Shown here: piece by piece, positions 37,893 to 51,189 of the stretch
Position numbering within the stretch: the first letter of the stretch is position 1
How the letters are laid out: each line of letters opens with the position of its first letter
Assembly (NCBI RefSeq): GCF_009914755.1
Contig: NC_060928.1
From: the human T2T-CHM13v2.0 reference genome, Homo sapiens
DNA length: 64,000 bases
Direction: 5' to 3' (one strand)
The notes under the pieces: model-generated
The model's input: only the letters and a program-made list of their open reading frames with translations
The model's database searches: none
What the model was told of the DNA's origin: nothing
Made by a program: the position numbers and the translations under genes

Positions 37893-39901
37893 CATACTCA
37901 TATATGACTGGAAGCCAAGCTGGTTGATTTTGGGAGTAGATTAGAAAATGAAGTACATTAATAAAGAATGGTTATAGTGCTTTTGTATGTTTGTTTTGTT
38001 TTTGTTTTGAGTGTTTTTATACGTATCTTTGTTTTAGTATATAGGCACACTAAATATTATGTGCCTATGTACTAATGTGCCTAGGCACATTAAATATTAT
38101 CTGAGCTTAAACCATTGTTACAGACATTATCTCACATTTCATTTATTTATTAGGTTTAACATGATTTTCCTGTATTGTATTTGAATATTATTAAGTTCAT
38201 CACTGGAACACAACGGATACCTTATTGATGTTCATGGTGAGTACTGAAATTGAAAGCAATCAAATTAATGAAGATTTTGTGTAGATTATCCAAGAGATTT
38301 ACAGCAAGTAGCATGATGATTAAGAGATTTCTTAAATGAAATCCTCTTGCAATTTTTTCTGTTTCTACATACAGAAACAACTTTACAACTTTCTGTATCT
38401 TACACTTAATTAGTTAGCAATGATTGCATACATAAGAGAATAGAAAAATATAGAAAAAGAATAATGAATTTCTCTATGCAGTTTGCACGGCTTAGTTGGC
38501 TTCTGCTGACCTAAATGAAGTCTAAATGGAAGAAGCTTATATGTTCCAAACTCTGACGTAAATTCAAATTCAGAAAATGTAATAAGGACTATAAATCCCT
38601 TTATTCGTCATTGTGAGTCACTAAATATGAACTTTATTTATAGCTGTGTATAATTATATAGTCTTTGGCTTGCCATAAGCAATTTTGACAGGAGTAAATA
38701 TCATTAGAGTAGAAAATCTTTCACCTACACAGATCTATGCTTCCCAGTTAATATTCGTGACTAATATATTGTGTAGCACTATGGATGTTAGGAAGCTTTT
38801 CTCCACGTACACAGCAATGGTTCTTGTATTATAGATATTTTATTGGCTGATAAAGTATTTTTACTGGTATTTATGTAGTCTTATTTCCCACATCACAACT
38901 TCCGACTTAAATGAGTGAAGACAGTTTATTTTTTTCTTCAGAACTAATTGAATGAATTCTGAAGACTTGCTGTTTAAATTATGCAAACATAATATTTTCT
39001 CACATTTATGGCTGTCGTAATGTTTCTGTTGCTGCCTCAGGAACTGCATTGTACTTAATGTAGTTACAGATAATACAACTGTCATAACTGTCATAAAGAC
39101 CACGTGACAAGCCAGGCATTCCCACAGTCACACACCTCAAGCACATGTAGCCCTATAATTAAAGTTGGAGCTCTGCCGCTCACAATTGCAGTTTTGCATA
39201 AATTATGAATACTGTCAGAAGTGGCATTTTTAATGAGGATAAAGTTGAGAGAAGAATGAAAGCGGTACAAGGAGTCATCTCTGGTTAGGGAGGACCTCAT
39301 GGAAATAAAACCTAGCAGATGTACAAGAGTCAAAACAAAGAAGATCCTGACATCATTATGCATGGCTTATGTGAAATTCTCTTAAGTATCTATTTTTGAG
39401 TCACATGTGAAGTGTGTGAGCTCCTCCGCTCACAGAAGCTTCAGCTATCATGGGATGGATTTAGACTTTTGGAGATTAAGCAATCCTATTGTCTAACTCA
39501 ATGGACTAGAAATTCTTAGAGATTTGATCAGTCTAAGTCCAGTTGCTTTCTTCAAGAATTGACTGAATCTTTCCATCAAAGACAAGATTTTATAACTCAA
39601 CTTCTCTCCTGCATAGCTAGGCTAAAATTCTTTTAGGTCAGGCTTCTGACAATACTTGAATTTTCTGTTTGTCTGGACAACAAAATGCATTTATGGCAAA
39701 TGTCCATGCAAAACCCCCACACAGCTAGTTATAGCATACACCATGCCATTGTACTTTCAAAGCCAGCTCTTCAGATCATCTAGCCTCTCCTTATGGTTCT
39801 GTCAGAGGAATCTAGTATTTCCATGATAAACCAAAATGTGGTTATCTATGACTAATAATGGATAATAGTGATGGAGAAGCTCTACTTGTAAAGGAGAGGC
39901 T

Positions 39902-40236
39902 GGCCAGGGACAGTGGCTCAACACCTGCAAACCCAGTATTTTGGGAGGTTAAGGTGATACAATCACTTGAGCCCAGGAGTTTGATACCAGCCTGGGCAAC
40001 ATAGTGAGACCTTGCCTCTCTCTGAAAAAAAAAAAAGAAAAAAAAATTAGCTGCGTAGACTCTTTGGTTTGCCATAATGGCACACGCCTGCAGTCCCACC
40101 TACTCTGGAGGCTGAGATGGAAAGATTACTTGAGCTAGGTAGATCCAGGCAGCCATGAGCTAATATGTGTCACTGCACATCAGCCTGGGCGACAGAGCAT
40201 GACCCTGTCTCCAAAAAAAAAAAAAAAAAAAAAAAA
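39902..40236 (+). mobile_element. AluJ with a ~19-nt internal insertion
   Basis: J-type 'tcacttgagcccaggagttt...gggcaacatagtgagacc'. Long poly(A). Degenerate TSD aaggagaggct / aagagtggct. Confidence 0.94.
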
Positions 40237-41877
40237 GAGTGGCTGGAGCTCCTGGAGCCACACAGATTTCTGTTGTAGCTACCGTGGCCAAGATGAGGGA
40301 TGCTCTTCTTTTAATGCCCAAAGGTGAAAATATTATTCAATCCTAAATTCTCCATGGTACAGATAAATAGTCCTGGTTCCTTTAAATAATAACTAGAGGA
40401 AAGACAAACGATAGATGGATGGGAATACAGAGAGTCATGTAAAATTATATAATCTGATTCACATAATTAATTTTGCTCTTCTCTGTGGACCTCAGGGCAT
40501 TACTACTACTGAAGCCCACACTTGGTCAGCTATCATCTCTGGCGTCTATATTTTACAATTCAGTGTGCAGAGAGAAAAAAAAATATGTCCTTTCCAAACT
40601 CTAAATTTCTTTCTGAATATTTACCTTCCCTTGAGAAGATTGATGCTCAGTATAATATATTCCCAAACACTGCCTCCTGTGGGAAAGAACTCACATCCTA
40701 CTTACAAAGGTCTGGCCCTACTACATGGCTGGCCAAGAGACCAGTTATATTAGGATACTACAAAATGCACATGACTGTGCTTTTCCTCTTCTGCAAATTT
40801 TCTTCTATTGTGTCAACAGCAAGTTTTCTTTTAGTTTTGTGAAACATTGTGTATTTGATAATAAAGTTTTAATTTCTTGTGTACTATCTCATGAATATTT
40901 TGTGCAGAATATTGTCTTGTAAATTTTTAGTTGCATCAGTTCTCATTCTTAGAACTCAGTTACAAATTCATAGGTTAACCTTTGGAAAAATCATGGTGAC
41001 AAGTTTGCAATGCATTCAGAATCATGCTTCCTAACTGGTTTATATGGGGAATAGTTATTAAGATAAAATATTAATGGAAATGACCTCAATCAATAAGATG
41101 TTATGAATTTTTTCAGAAACCCAACTTGCCTTTATCAGCTTCACATTATAGATGCTCAAAGGAACACATTGGTGGTTGATAGTTTAAAATGAGGGAAAAA
41201 AGAATTGACGAAGCAGAACTGTTAACTTGAATGTTCAAGATACTTATTGAAGACTTTACCAACAAATGTAATCATAGAAATTTTTTAACATATTTTCATT
41301 TTTAAACAGAACTACATAAATTTTAGAATACTTATGTGTATTTTTAATTGTTTTATTTACTAGCCTTTCCTTTAGGACATAGCAGCAGATATAATAATAG
41401 CTATTGAAATTGATCAGAGTCTATTCAATTATATCATCTGGCCTGTAACCACAAATAATGTAGTCACTAAATGATTGCAACGTAAGAGTAAATTGAAAAG
41501 ATTGATTGCATCCACATTATTACTCTATAGCTTTATGGTCACATTATTTGATGATCTAGAGCCTAATAAACAAAGAAAACTTCTTTGGCTAGTTTCCATG
41601 ACCATCTTTGTTATAGTGACTTACCAAGTTCCTTGCTTCTCCCACACCTTGCATTTAGGCTGGAGCTAATTGGCTCTCCTTTAAACTTTAATTCCAATTT
41701 CTGGAAGCAAGTGCACCCTTCTAGACACAGAGAAATAAACATAAAATGTCTAGGTCAATTTGTATATTTCTTTAAGCTAACCTCGCTGAGAATTTTTCTT
41801 AAACTTTGCTATCTCAGCTTGTCCACTGAGAAAGCTTACTCTTATGGTCTCAGTACTTAGTACTTTCTGGGCGTTCT

Positions 41878-41878
41878 T

Positions 41879-41921
<43 letters not shown>

Positions 41922-42237
41922 TCTATCTATCTATCTATTTTAGAGACAGGGTCTAGCCCTGTCACCCAGGCTGGAGTGCAGTGGCATGATTATGCCTCAC
42001 TGCAGCCTTGAATTCCTGGGCTCAAGCCTTGAACTCCTGGGTTACTCCCACTTCAGCCACTCGAGTAGCTGGTAATACAGATGTCTGCCACCATGCCCAG
42101 CTAATTGTTTTTGTTTCTTATATTTTATAGAGATGGGGGTCTCACTATGTTACCCAGGCTGGCCTGTCCTCGAGAGAGTCTCCCACCTCAGCTTCCTAAG
42201 TAGTTAGAATTACTGGCACAAGCCACTGTGCCTGGCT
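41878..42237 (-). mobile_element. AluJ with an (ATTT)10(ATCT)4 tail-derived compound STR
   Basis: Tetranucleotide STR at 41881-41936, then 'gagacagggtct...cactgcagccttgaattcctgggctcaagc'. Confidence 0.94.
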
Positions 42238-43444
42238 TCCAGGTATTCCAGATTCTTAAATTCCAGATTTTCTAACCCAGTCTCCTCTGCCCCTTTGAAT
42301 TTCATTTCTGAATTCTTCCCCATATGAGCATTCTCCTATTTCACTAACAAGTTTCGTAGCCCCTTCTTTTATAGACACAAATCTATTTCCTATGCAGAAA
42401 CAGATATGTAGATTCTATGTGGCTTAGCTCTTCGGTATACCTATTTTGTATCTTTTTTTTAGATATATGTGTATAAAGTGCATATATTCTTGGTTAAATT
42501 AATGAGATTTATAAATTATAGGAATCGCTATCATTGTGTAAAGTAAATAAATTGCTGATGAGAGAATAGAAGTGGAGGTGATGCACATTTTTTTGCTAAA
42601 ACTTCTTGCCCAGTAGGTAATGTTTAATCTGAAGAGTATTTTTATGTATACATAAATCTGGAAAAATAAACCAAAAAATGAAATATCAATTCATAATTGA
42701 ATAAAGAAAAGATACTACAAAGATATAAAAGGTAAAAAAGGGGAAATAAAAAGAAAAATCACGTTGAGTTTCATTTCCCTGATTTAGATTATATTTCAAT
42801 AATGGAAAAAATATTTCTATAAAGAAAATAGAAGATTCTGAGAGCAAGAAGACAAATAAAATTCCACTATTCAATTTTAGTAAAATTTATTAATTGGTTA
42901 AGAATTAAGTATTAAAAATAGCCAAGAGGAACTTTTACATATAGTAGTGGTGTATTTTTACATGAATTTAAACATACATGGACCTACTTAGATAACTTTA
43001 TAGTGGATCTCTGCATTTAAGCTTTCTTCATAGAAAATATCTGAATAATTATTTTTTAAAGAACAAGAGAGCTATCCATTGACAACGCAGATTGGACAAT
43101 AGAGCCACGTTTTTAAGACATGCTATTGTGTACATATTTTGCCCATTGTTTTTTTGCTCTGTTGTTTTATGCCTGTTTAATTTTTTATGGAATTAAGAAC
43201 TTTTAGAGAAAGAAAAAGGATTCTAATCCATAAATTAAAATTTTTATCCTGGTAAATATAAATACCCATTTAAATTATTAAAATATAACTGGTTGCATGT
43301 AAACCACACATAGCAAACTTGTCAACATGTAGTTTGTGAATTAATTCCAAGTGGACACTGGAGATCTGAAATTTCTGCAACTGAACTTTCAATCTGTTAA
43401 ATAGAAAATACTTAATATACTACTGAAGTTTCATGGAGATAATC

Positions 43445-43640
43445 ACAGTGGTGGCGATGAGAAGAACATAGGCTGTAAAGTAGATAAAGTGGGGTCCAGA
43501 TATCTGTCTTATTCCCATTGTGTGGCCTCAGACAGATTTATCTAATTGAACCATGTCTCAGTTTTCTCATTCAAATATTGAAAGGAAAATATTAATTAAT
43601 CCATGTAAATTCTCCTAGACAATTTCCAGGGTTACATGTT
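43445..43640 (+). mobile_element. MIR SINE
   Basis: 'tgtgtggcctcagacagatttatctaattgaaccatgtctcagttttctcatt' resembles the MIR core. Confidence 0.6.
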
Positions 43641-44149
43641 AATTTTCCCCTCCTCTCCTTCTGTAGCATTCTACTCAGTGATTTCCAAAATGTGATCGGT
43701 GTCAGAGAATCTTGAATGATGCTCAAAGATGAATATCAGCATATTCCTTGAATTCCCTAAGTGAGTCATTTCTACTTATATCCATTTGCATATGCATCTT
43801 ATGCATATTTATAAAATATATGTATATGCGCATATTTTTATATGTTGATCAGCGAGAACTACTTCTGTTCTATACTAACTCATTATTTTATTTTTATGAA
43901 TAACTGGTGCCCACGAGACAGTCTATTGGAGTAACGTTAGGAATTATCATCCCTTAAAGTAAAAGGGACTATATAGATGGATGGAATTTTATTTTGTATT
44001 TATTAATCCTTTTTCTCAGGGGTCATTGTAAGAGGAAAAATAATATGATTCATAATTCCACTTATTATAGAATTGCACATACATAAAAAACAATAACCAG
44101 AAGGTTGTATTTGTCATTTACCCTCTCACCCTCATGGCACTGCCTCTGT

Positions 44150-44480
44150 GATATCCTGTCTCTGAGGCTCTGTACTTCTTTAAATGGTCTGTCTGGCAAC
44201 CATATTTTTCCTGCTTATTAAAATGTTTTTCACCATTGATTATAAAGCTCATATCATTTCTCCCATGAATCCTTTCTAAAACAGCTGATTTCTTCTTGTT
44301 TATTGCTATAGGAATTTTTGTATATGTACTATCATAGTATTATAACTTGTATCCCACTCATTGCAAAAATGTGTTTGCATAGTAAACTTCTTAAGAAGGA
44401 ATCATTTCTCTCTCCTAAATAGGGCCTGGTTCACAGGAGGTATTCAATATAGTTTTGTTGAATAAACAAATAAATAAACA
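44150..44480 (+). mobile_element. L2 3' end
   Basis: Terminates in 'agggcctggttcacaggaggtattcaatatagttttgttgaataaacaaataaat', the L2 tail pattern. Confidence 0.6.
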
Positions 44481-45054
44481 ATTGGATATATAATTGAATA
44501 CTGTTTCGCATTTAAGAAAAATTGCCAAACTGTCAGTCTATGAGGGATTACATAGAATAAACTTTTGCCTAATTTGTAAGCATTTCAATTAAATTCTGAT
44601 TCTATTATTGATTCACTTAGTTCCTAATCTATTAACATGGGTCACTTTGATAAAACTCAGTTTTGCAAAACACTTTTGACCATTAAGACAGTGTAAAGCT
44701 GAAAAAAAAAAAAAAGTCTTCCTAGAATCCTATTACTCTCAAGGAAAATTAACCTATTCTACTTTGGATAAAACTTACTTTTTACATTTTCTTTTCTGTT
44801 CTACACAGTAGTGACGATAACTATTTAAATGTTGAGAAAATAATGTGCTTAGGCTACTGGACTCATTTTTTTTGATTCATGAGTAGCTATTAGTTTACAT
44901 GAGCACAGAACTACTTAGAAATTACCCCTGAAAAGAGAAGGGAGCATCATGCCACCTGTTTTGATATGTTCAAATAGTTGAGTCATTAGTCAGGCTAGAT
45001 GAATGGGAGCATAGAGAAAAAAAAGACAAGAGAGGTAAGAAAGATACAAGAAGA

Positions 45055-45363
<309 letters not shown>

Positions 45364-46650
45364 ATTGATTAATAATTGTTTAGAATTTAAAAGTATAATT
45401 CTTAGACATAGATGAAGAAAAAAATAAAAGGTAGAGCAGAAAATATATGGTGTTCTTCAAATTTTTCCCTGCAAATTCTTACTGTTTTCCTCTTCCTTTC
45501 TTAGCTTATATACACACATATTTCTTCTTTTACTTTCTATGCGAAGTGAAATATAACTTTAAATTCCATTATGTGATATGCCAGATCTATAATATCCATC
45601 AGATAATTTCTATCATGTTTCTGTCCCATTAGGTTCTCTGAGATCCAGCCTGGGATTGCATTTTATTCAATCTTATATTTCTAGCCCTTAAACCATAAAT
45701 ACATGGAATTATGTACTTATGAAAGGCTTCAACATCAAAATAGTGAAGTTATTAATACACACACTGTCACATGTGTATGCGTATGTGTGTGCGTTTGTGT
45801 TTGTAGACACACAGTACATATTAATAAAGTAATTTTCCATAATGGCTTTTAGTAACTAAAACAAATTTTATACAATGACTTTAGAAACTAAACCCACACA
45901 TGCACACACATGATTTTACATGATGTCTTTTAGTAACCAAAACAAACTTCACAAAATTACTCTTAGAATCTAGGAATTTGTTATCACCCCTCTTGACTTC
46001 CAGCTCATTCCCTCCTCTCACCCCTCTAGAGGAAAGAGTTTGAACTCTTTACCTTATGTGACAATAGCATGGTTATGCATGAAACATAGTCCTCTGAACC
46101 AATTTCACATTATTTTACCTTGCAAAATGTTATCTTAAACTTTTTCTTGCCTTGCAATATCTTATACATTACCTTGCAAAAAAAACTAGTGTATTTAAAT
46201 ATTATGTAAATTATGTAGTTGCTAATGAAGCTCACTGAATGGTGTCTTTTATTTCTTTCTTATTTTGTTTGTTCTCTAATGTAGGACATAAACCTCCCTT
46301 TTAATTGACCAAAGTCTTGCTAATAGAAACATCAGGCATTAAGATGTTTTAAAAAATACTTTGATGTACTTGTTATAAGCATCAAATGTAATAGGAAGAA
46401 ATTAGTCCCAAAGTATTAAAAAATCATAACAAGATTATTTTTCTGACTTTTTTTTTCTTTTTTCCATTTCTTTTTTCTTTTCTTTTCTTTTTTTTCTTTT
46501 TTTTTTGTTTTTAGTCACAGGGTCTCACTCTGTCACCCAGGTGAAGTGTAGTGGTGCAATCATGGCTTACTGTAACCTTGGACTTCTGGGTTCAAGCAAT
46601 CCTCTCACCTCGAGTAGCTGCGACTATAGGCACAGGCCATTATCACTAGT

Positions 46651-48969
46651 TATATTAGTCTGTTCTCACACTGCTAATAAAGACATACCCAAGACTGGGT
46701 AATTTATAAAGGAGAGAGGTTTAATTGACCCACTGTTCCACATGGCTGAGGAGGCCTCACATCATGGTGGAAGGCAAATGAGGAGCAAAGTCACATCTTA
46801 TATTGTGGCAGGAAACAGAGCTTGTTTAGGGAAACTCCCATTTATAAAACCATCAGATCTCATGAGACTTATTCACTATCATGAGAACAGAACAAGAAAG
46901 ACCAACCCCCATGACTGAATTACCTCCCACCGTGTCCCTCCTGTGACACATGAGGATTATTACAATTCAAGGTAAGATTTGGGTGGAGACACAGAGCCAA
47001 ACCATATCATTCCAATCCTGGCCACTCCCAAATCTCATGTCCTCACATTTCAAAACCACGCATGCCTCCCAACAGTCCCCCAAAGTCTTAACTCATTTCA
47101 GCATTAACTCAAAAGTCCAGAGTCCAAAGTCTCATCTGAGATGAGGCAAGTCCCTTCTGCCTATGAGACTGTAAAATCAAAAGCAAGTCAGTTACATCCT
47201 AGGTCCAATGGAGGTAAAGCCATTGGGTAAATACAGCTGTTCCAAAGGGGAGAAATTAGCCAAAATGAAGGGACTACAGGCCCCATGCAAGTTCAAAATC
47301 CAACAGGGCAACCAAATCTTAAAGTTCCAAAATGATCTCCTTTAACTCCATGTGTCACATCCAGGTCACACTCATGCAAGAAGTGGGTTGCCATGGTCTT
47401 GGGCAGCTCCACCCCTGTGGCTTTGCAGGGTACAGCCCATGTCCTGACTGCTTTCATGGGCTGGTGTTGAGTGTCTGTGGCTTTTCCGGGTGCACACTGC
47501 AAGCTGTTGGTGGATATACCATTCTGAGATCTGGAGAATGGTGGCCCTCTTCTCACAGCTCCACTGGGCATTGCCCCAGTGGGGACTCTGTGTGGTGGCT
47601 CACATCCCACATTTCCCTTCTGCTCTGCGTTAGCAGATGTTCTCCATGAGGGCTCCACCCCTGCAACACACCTCTGCCTGGACATCCAGGCACTTCCATA
47701 CATCCTCTGAAATCCACGTAGAGGTTAGCAAACCTTAATTCTTGACTTCTGTTTATCCGCAGGTCCAACACTACATGTAAGTCACCAAGGCTTTGGACTT
47801 GCACCCTCTGAAGCAAGGGGCTGAGCTCCTTTTAACCATTGCTGGGACACAGGGCACCAAGCCCTGAAACTGCACAAAGCAGCAAGACCCTGGGCCCAGC
47901 CAATGAAACCATTTTTTTCTTCCTAGGCTTCCCAGCTTGTAATGGGAGGGGCTGCCATGAATACCTCTGACATGCCCTGGAAAGATTTTCCCCATTATCT
48001 TGGCAATTAACATTTGGCTCCTTATTACTTATGCAAATTTCAGCAGCAGGCTTAAATTTCTCCTCAGAAAATGGATTTTTCTTTTCTATTGCATCATCAA
48101 GCTGCAAATTATCTGACCTTTTATGCTCTATTTCTCTTTTTAATGTAAGTTCCAATTCCAAACCATATCTCTGTGAATACATAAAATTGAATGCTTTTAA
48201 CAGTACCCAAGTCACCTCTTGAACACTTTGCTGCTTAGAAATTTCTTCCACCAGATGCCCTAAATCCTCTCTCTCAAGTTCAAGGTTCCACAAATCTCTA
48301 GGGCAGGGGCAAAATGCCACCAGTGTTTTTGCTACAACACAAGAAGAGTCACCTTTGCTCCAGCTCCCAATGATTTTCTCACCTCTATCTGACACCACCT
48401 CAGCCTGGACTTTATTGTCCATACCACTATCAGCATTTTGCCCAAAACCATTCAACAAGTCTCTAGGAAATTCCAAACCTTCCCACATTTTCCTGTCTTC
48501 TTCTGAGCCCTCCAAACTGTTCCAACTTCTGCCTGTTACCAAGTTCCAAAGTCCCTTCCATATTTTTTAGTATCTTTAGAGCAGCGTCCACTTCTGGTAA
48601 AAATTTACTGTATTAGTCTGTTCTCATGCTACTAATAAAGACATATCTTGGACTGGGTCATGTATAAACGAAAGAGGTTTAATTGATCCACAGTTCCACA
48701 TGGCTGAGGAGGCCCCACAATTATGGTGGAAGGCGAATGAAGAGCAAAGTCATTTCTTACATGGTGGCAGACAAGAGGTAGGGTGTTCAGGGAAACTCCC
48801 ATTTATAAAATCATGAGATCTCATGAGACTTATTTACTATCATGAGAACAACATGGGAAAACCTGTCCCCATGATTCAATTACCTCCCACCAGGTCCCTC
48901 CCATGACACATGGGAATTATTACAATTCAAGGTGAAATTTGGGTGGGGACACAGAGCCAAACCATATCA
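46651..48969 (-). mobile_element. Full-length THE1B-like MaLR provirus: LTRs 46651-47009 and 48609-48969, THE1-int 47010-48608
   Basis: Two ~360-bp direct LTRs ('tattagtctgttctca...ctaataaagacata...gacacagagccaaaccatatca') flanking a ~1.6-kb THE1 internal region. Confidence 0.96.
47293..48542 (-). pseudogene. THE1-int (MaLR) internal ORF remnant
   Basis: ORF 47832..48542 (236 aa; GRSWNSLEGSEEDRKMWEGLEFPRDLLNGF...FCPCPRDLWNLELE) and ORF 47293..47703 (MYGSAWMSRQRC...PPHRVPTGAMPSGAVRRGPP) are recognisable pieces of the MaLR internal ORF. Confidence 0.85.
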
Positions 48970-51189
48970 CTGGCTAATTTTTAATTTTTATTCTTTGTAG
49001 AGATGGAATCTTGCTATCTTCCTCAGGCTCTTCTCAAACTCCCGGCCTTAAGCAATTCACCCACCTCAGCCCCCCAAAGTCCTGGGATTACAGGTACAAG
49101 CTACCATGCTTGAACTTTTTCTTATTTTGAAACAAGTAATATGCAAAGACTTAATTTTAAAACAGATCAGGTAATTCTTAATTATCTTTTTCTTTTTATG
49201 TAAAAACCCTCACAGATGCAAGAAAAAAAGCTATTTAATCTTCCAGCCTCAGTTTCTCTATTTGTGAAAAGAGAGTTGATTGGCCTCCGTGAAGTGTTTT
49301 GAGAATTAGTTTATACTTGAAAAGTGAATTCAATGTGAAAGGTCCCATTTAAATGCAAAGTTATTAATCAGTGAATACAAAATTCAGCAGTTTTATTTTA
49401 GTTTCTAAACTCCTAGCAACTCTTCACACAAAATTCTAAATTATTTGTCCTTTTTACTTTCCTTAAAAATCTTTTTATACACATTATCCAGCCTGCTTTT
49501 AAAATGTTTGCAATATATTATCCTCTTTTTTTAATAAAGATGCAACTTATAAATTCAGGAAAATATTTTCCCATAAACATGTTTTTATTTTATTTCCCCA
49601 GTTTCCCCAAATCTCTGTTCTTTGCAGCATCTTTCTAACATAATTGATTGCATTAATGAAGTAACCAACTGGTGACTCAAATTGTGAATCTGAATTGTCA
49701 CTCCATCACCAGTAGATTTGCAGAAGGAATGCAATATTTTTAACATATTTTATGAAACGTTAACTATTATATTTCAGTGCAAGTTCTCAAGATTTATATA
49801 GATGCTGCTTTCAATTCAAGAGAAAATGTAAAGATCATGCCTTTGGCTCCACCATGGAGCTGAGACAAGTAACTGCAAGCTTTAAAATTGATATCTTGAA
49901 TAATATGAATCCAATCAGTAAAAAACACCTTATTTATAATTTTTCTCACCACTACGTATACAGTGAAATATTTATAAGAATATAATAGGTAGATAAATAC
50001 AAACGTATCTCTTCAAAAAGCATGCTATTTGAAAGTCAATTTGTATTTAGATTTTTATTTCGCAAGCAAACAGGAGAAAAAGATGGCTGGATTAGAATAA
50101 TGTAGAGTTACTCCTACATTTCAAAGTTGAGTTTTAGAAAAGTATTTGGAAAACACATTTCTCTAAACTCACTTCTGGGTTTTATTTTTTGTTTTAACAA
50201 AAACATCATTTAATTTTCAAAGAACTGTTCTGAACTTGGGTAGTTTTTGCTCTACCAGAAATCATTACTTATATATGCCTGCCATGAAACAGTGAAGTTT
50301 AAAACTATTGAATCTAAACATTACTAGATAGAAAACTATATAAAGCATCCTTATTTTTCAATGCAATTTATACACAAATAGATAACTTTTGACTATTTCT
50401 GAAAAATTAACAAAATAATTCTATAGTGACTCAGTAAATAAAAACTTACTATTAACTTATTTGCCATATTGAGTATTCTTACATTCATCCACCATTTATT
50501 GTAGTCTTACAAGCACTTAAATGTTGAGAATTTAGGATGAAAAGACAGGAATACTTAATTTTACACATCTGATCCCTTAAAAAACGATAATATCTTAATT
50601 AATCTTTATTCTCAATAGAAATGATTATTTTACCAGTATTACTTTTCAAGTGATTAAATTTTTTACATTGCTTTAATAAAAGTAACTTCAAAACACATCA
50701 ACCTAATTTATATGAGTGAACAACAGTATTAATCTCATTCACTAACTACAGTCACTTCTTGTTTTGGTTGAAAAAGTAGTATTTTGATTAGCATTAGATA
50801 TACTTAGTGGTTAACTTTGTATATATTTAGGTACTATTTAATTTCAAAAATTGCTAATAAAGTCATCAAGTTATTTTGCCTTATTTAAATGTTTGCTTCC
50901 AACAAATTAGAAAAATGGGTATTTACTTGATTTTTTAATTACTTTTTATTCTGAATCTTGACATCTCCTAGAGATAGTCCATCTGCTCACGATCTCCAGA
51001 CAATTCAAGGAAAGAAACAAAATTGTCCACATCTTAGAAGGCTCAAAAAGAAAAATAGCAGTTAAGATATAATAGCATCCCTTAAGTTTTTAATAATAAT
51101 AATAAACAATAATATTTTGTTCAGAACAAGTTAAATATTGACCAGTAAAATAAGAGCTAAAATTGGGAGTTAATCTACCCTGGGGATTC

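Larger units (their letters stand above)
46447..49115 (-). mobile_element. AluJ split by THE1B (46447-46650 and 48970-49115)
   Basis: The right-arm antisense sequence ends at 'ccattatcactagt'. The Alu resumes after the second LTR with 'ctggctaatttttaatttttattctttgtagagatgg...cccaaagtcctgggattacagg'. Confidence 0.92.

Noticed and set aside
44780-45040. Strong plus-strand pyrimidine tract and acceptor with a later gag|gtaaga donor
   Set aside because: No coding signal; only transcript data could support a non-coding exon.
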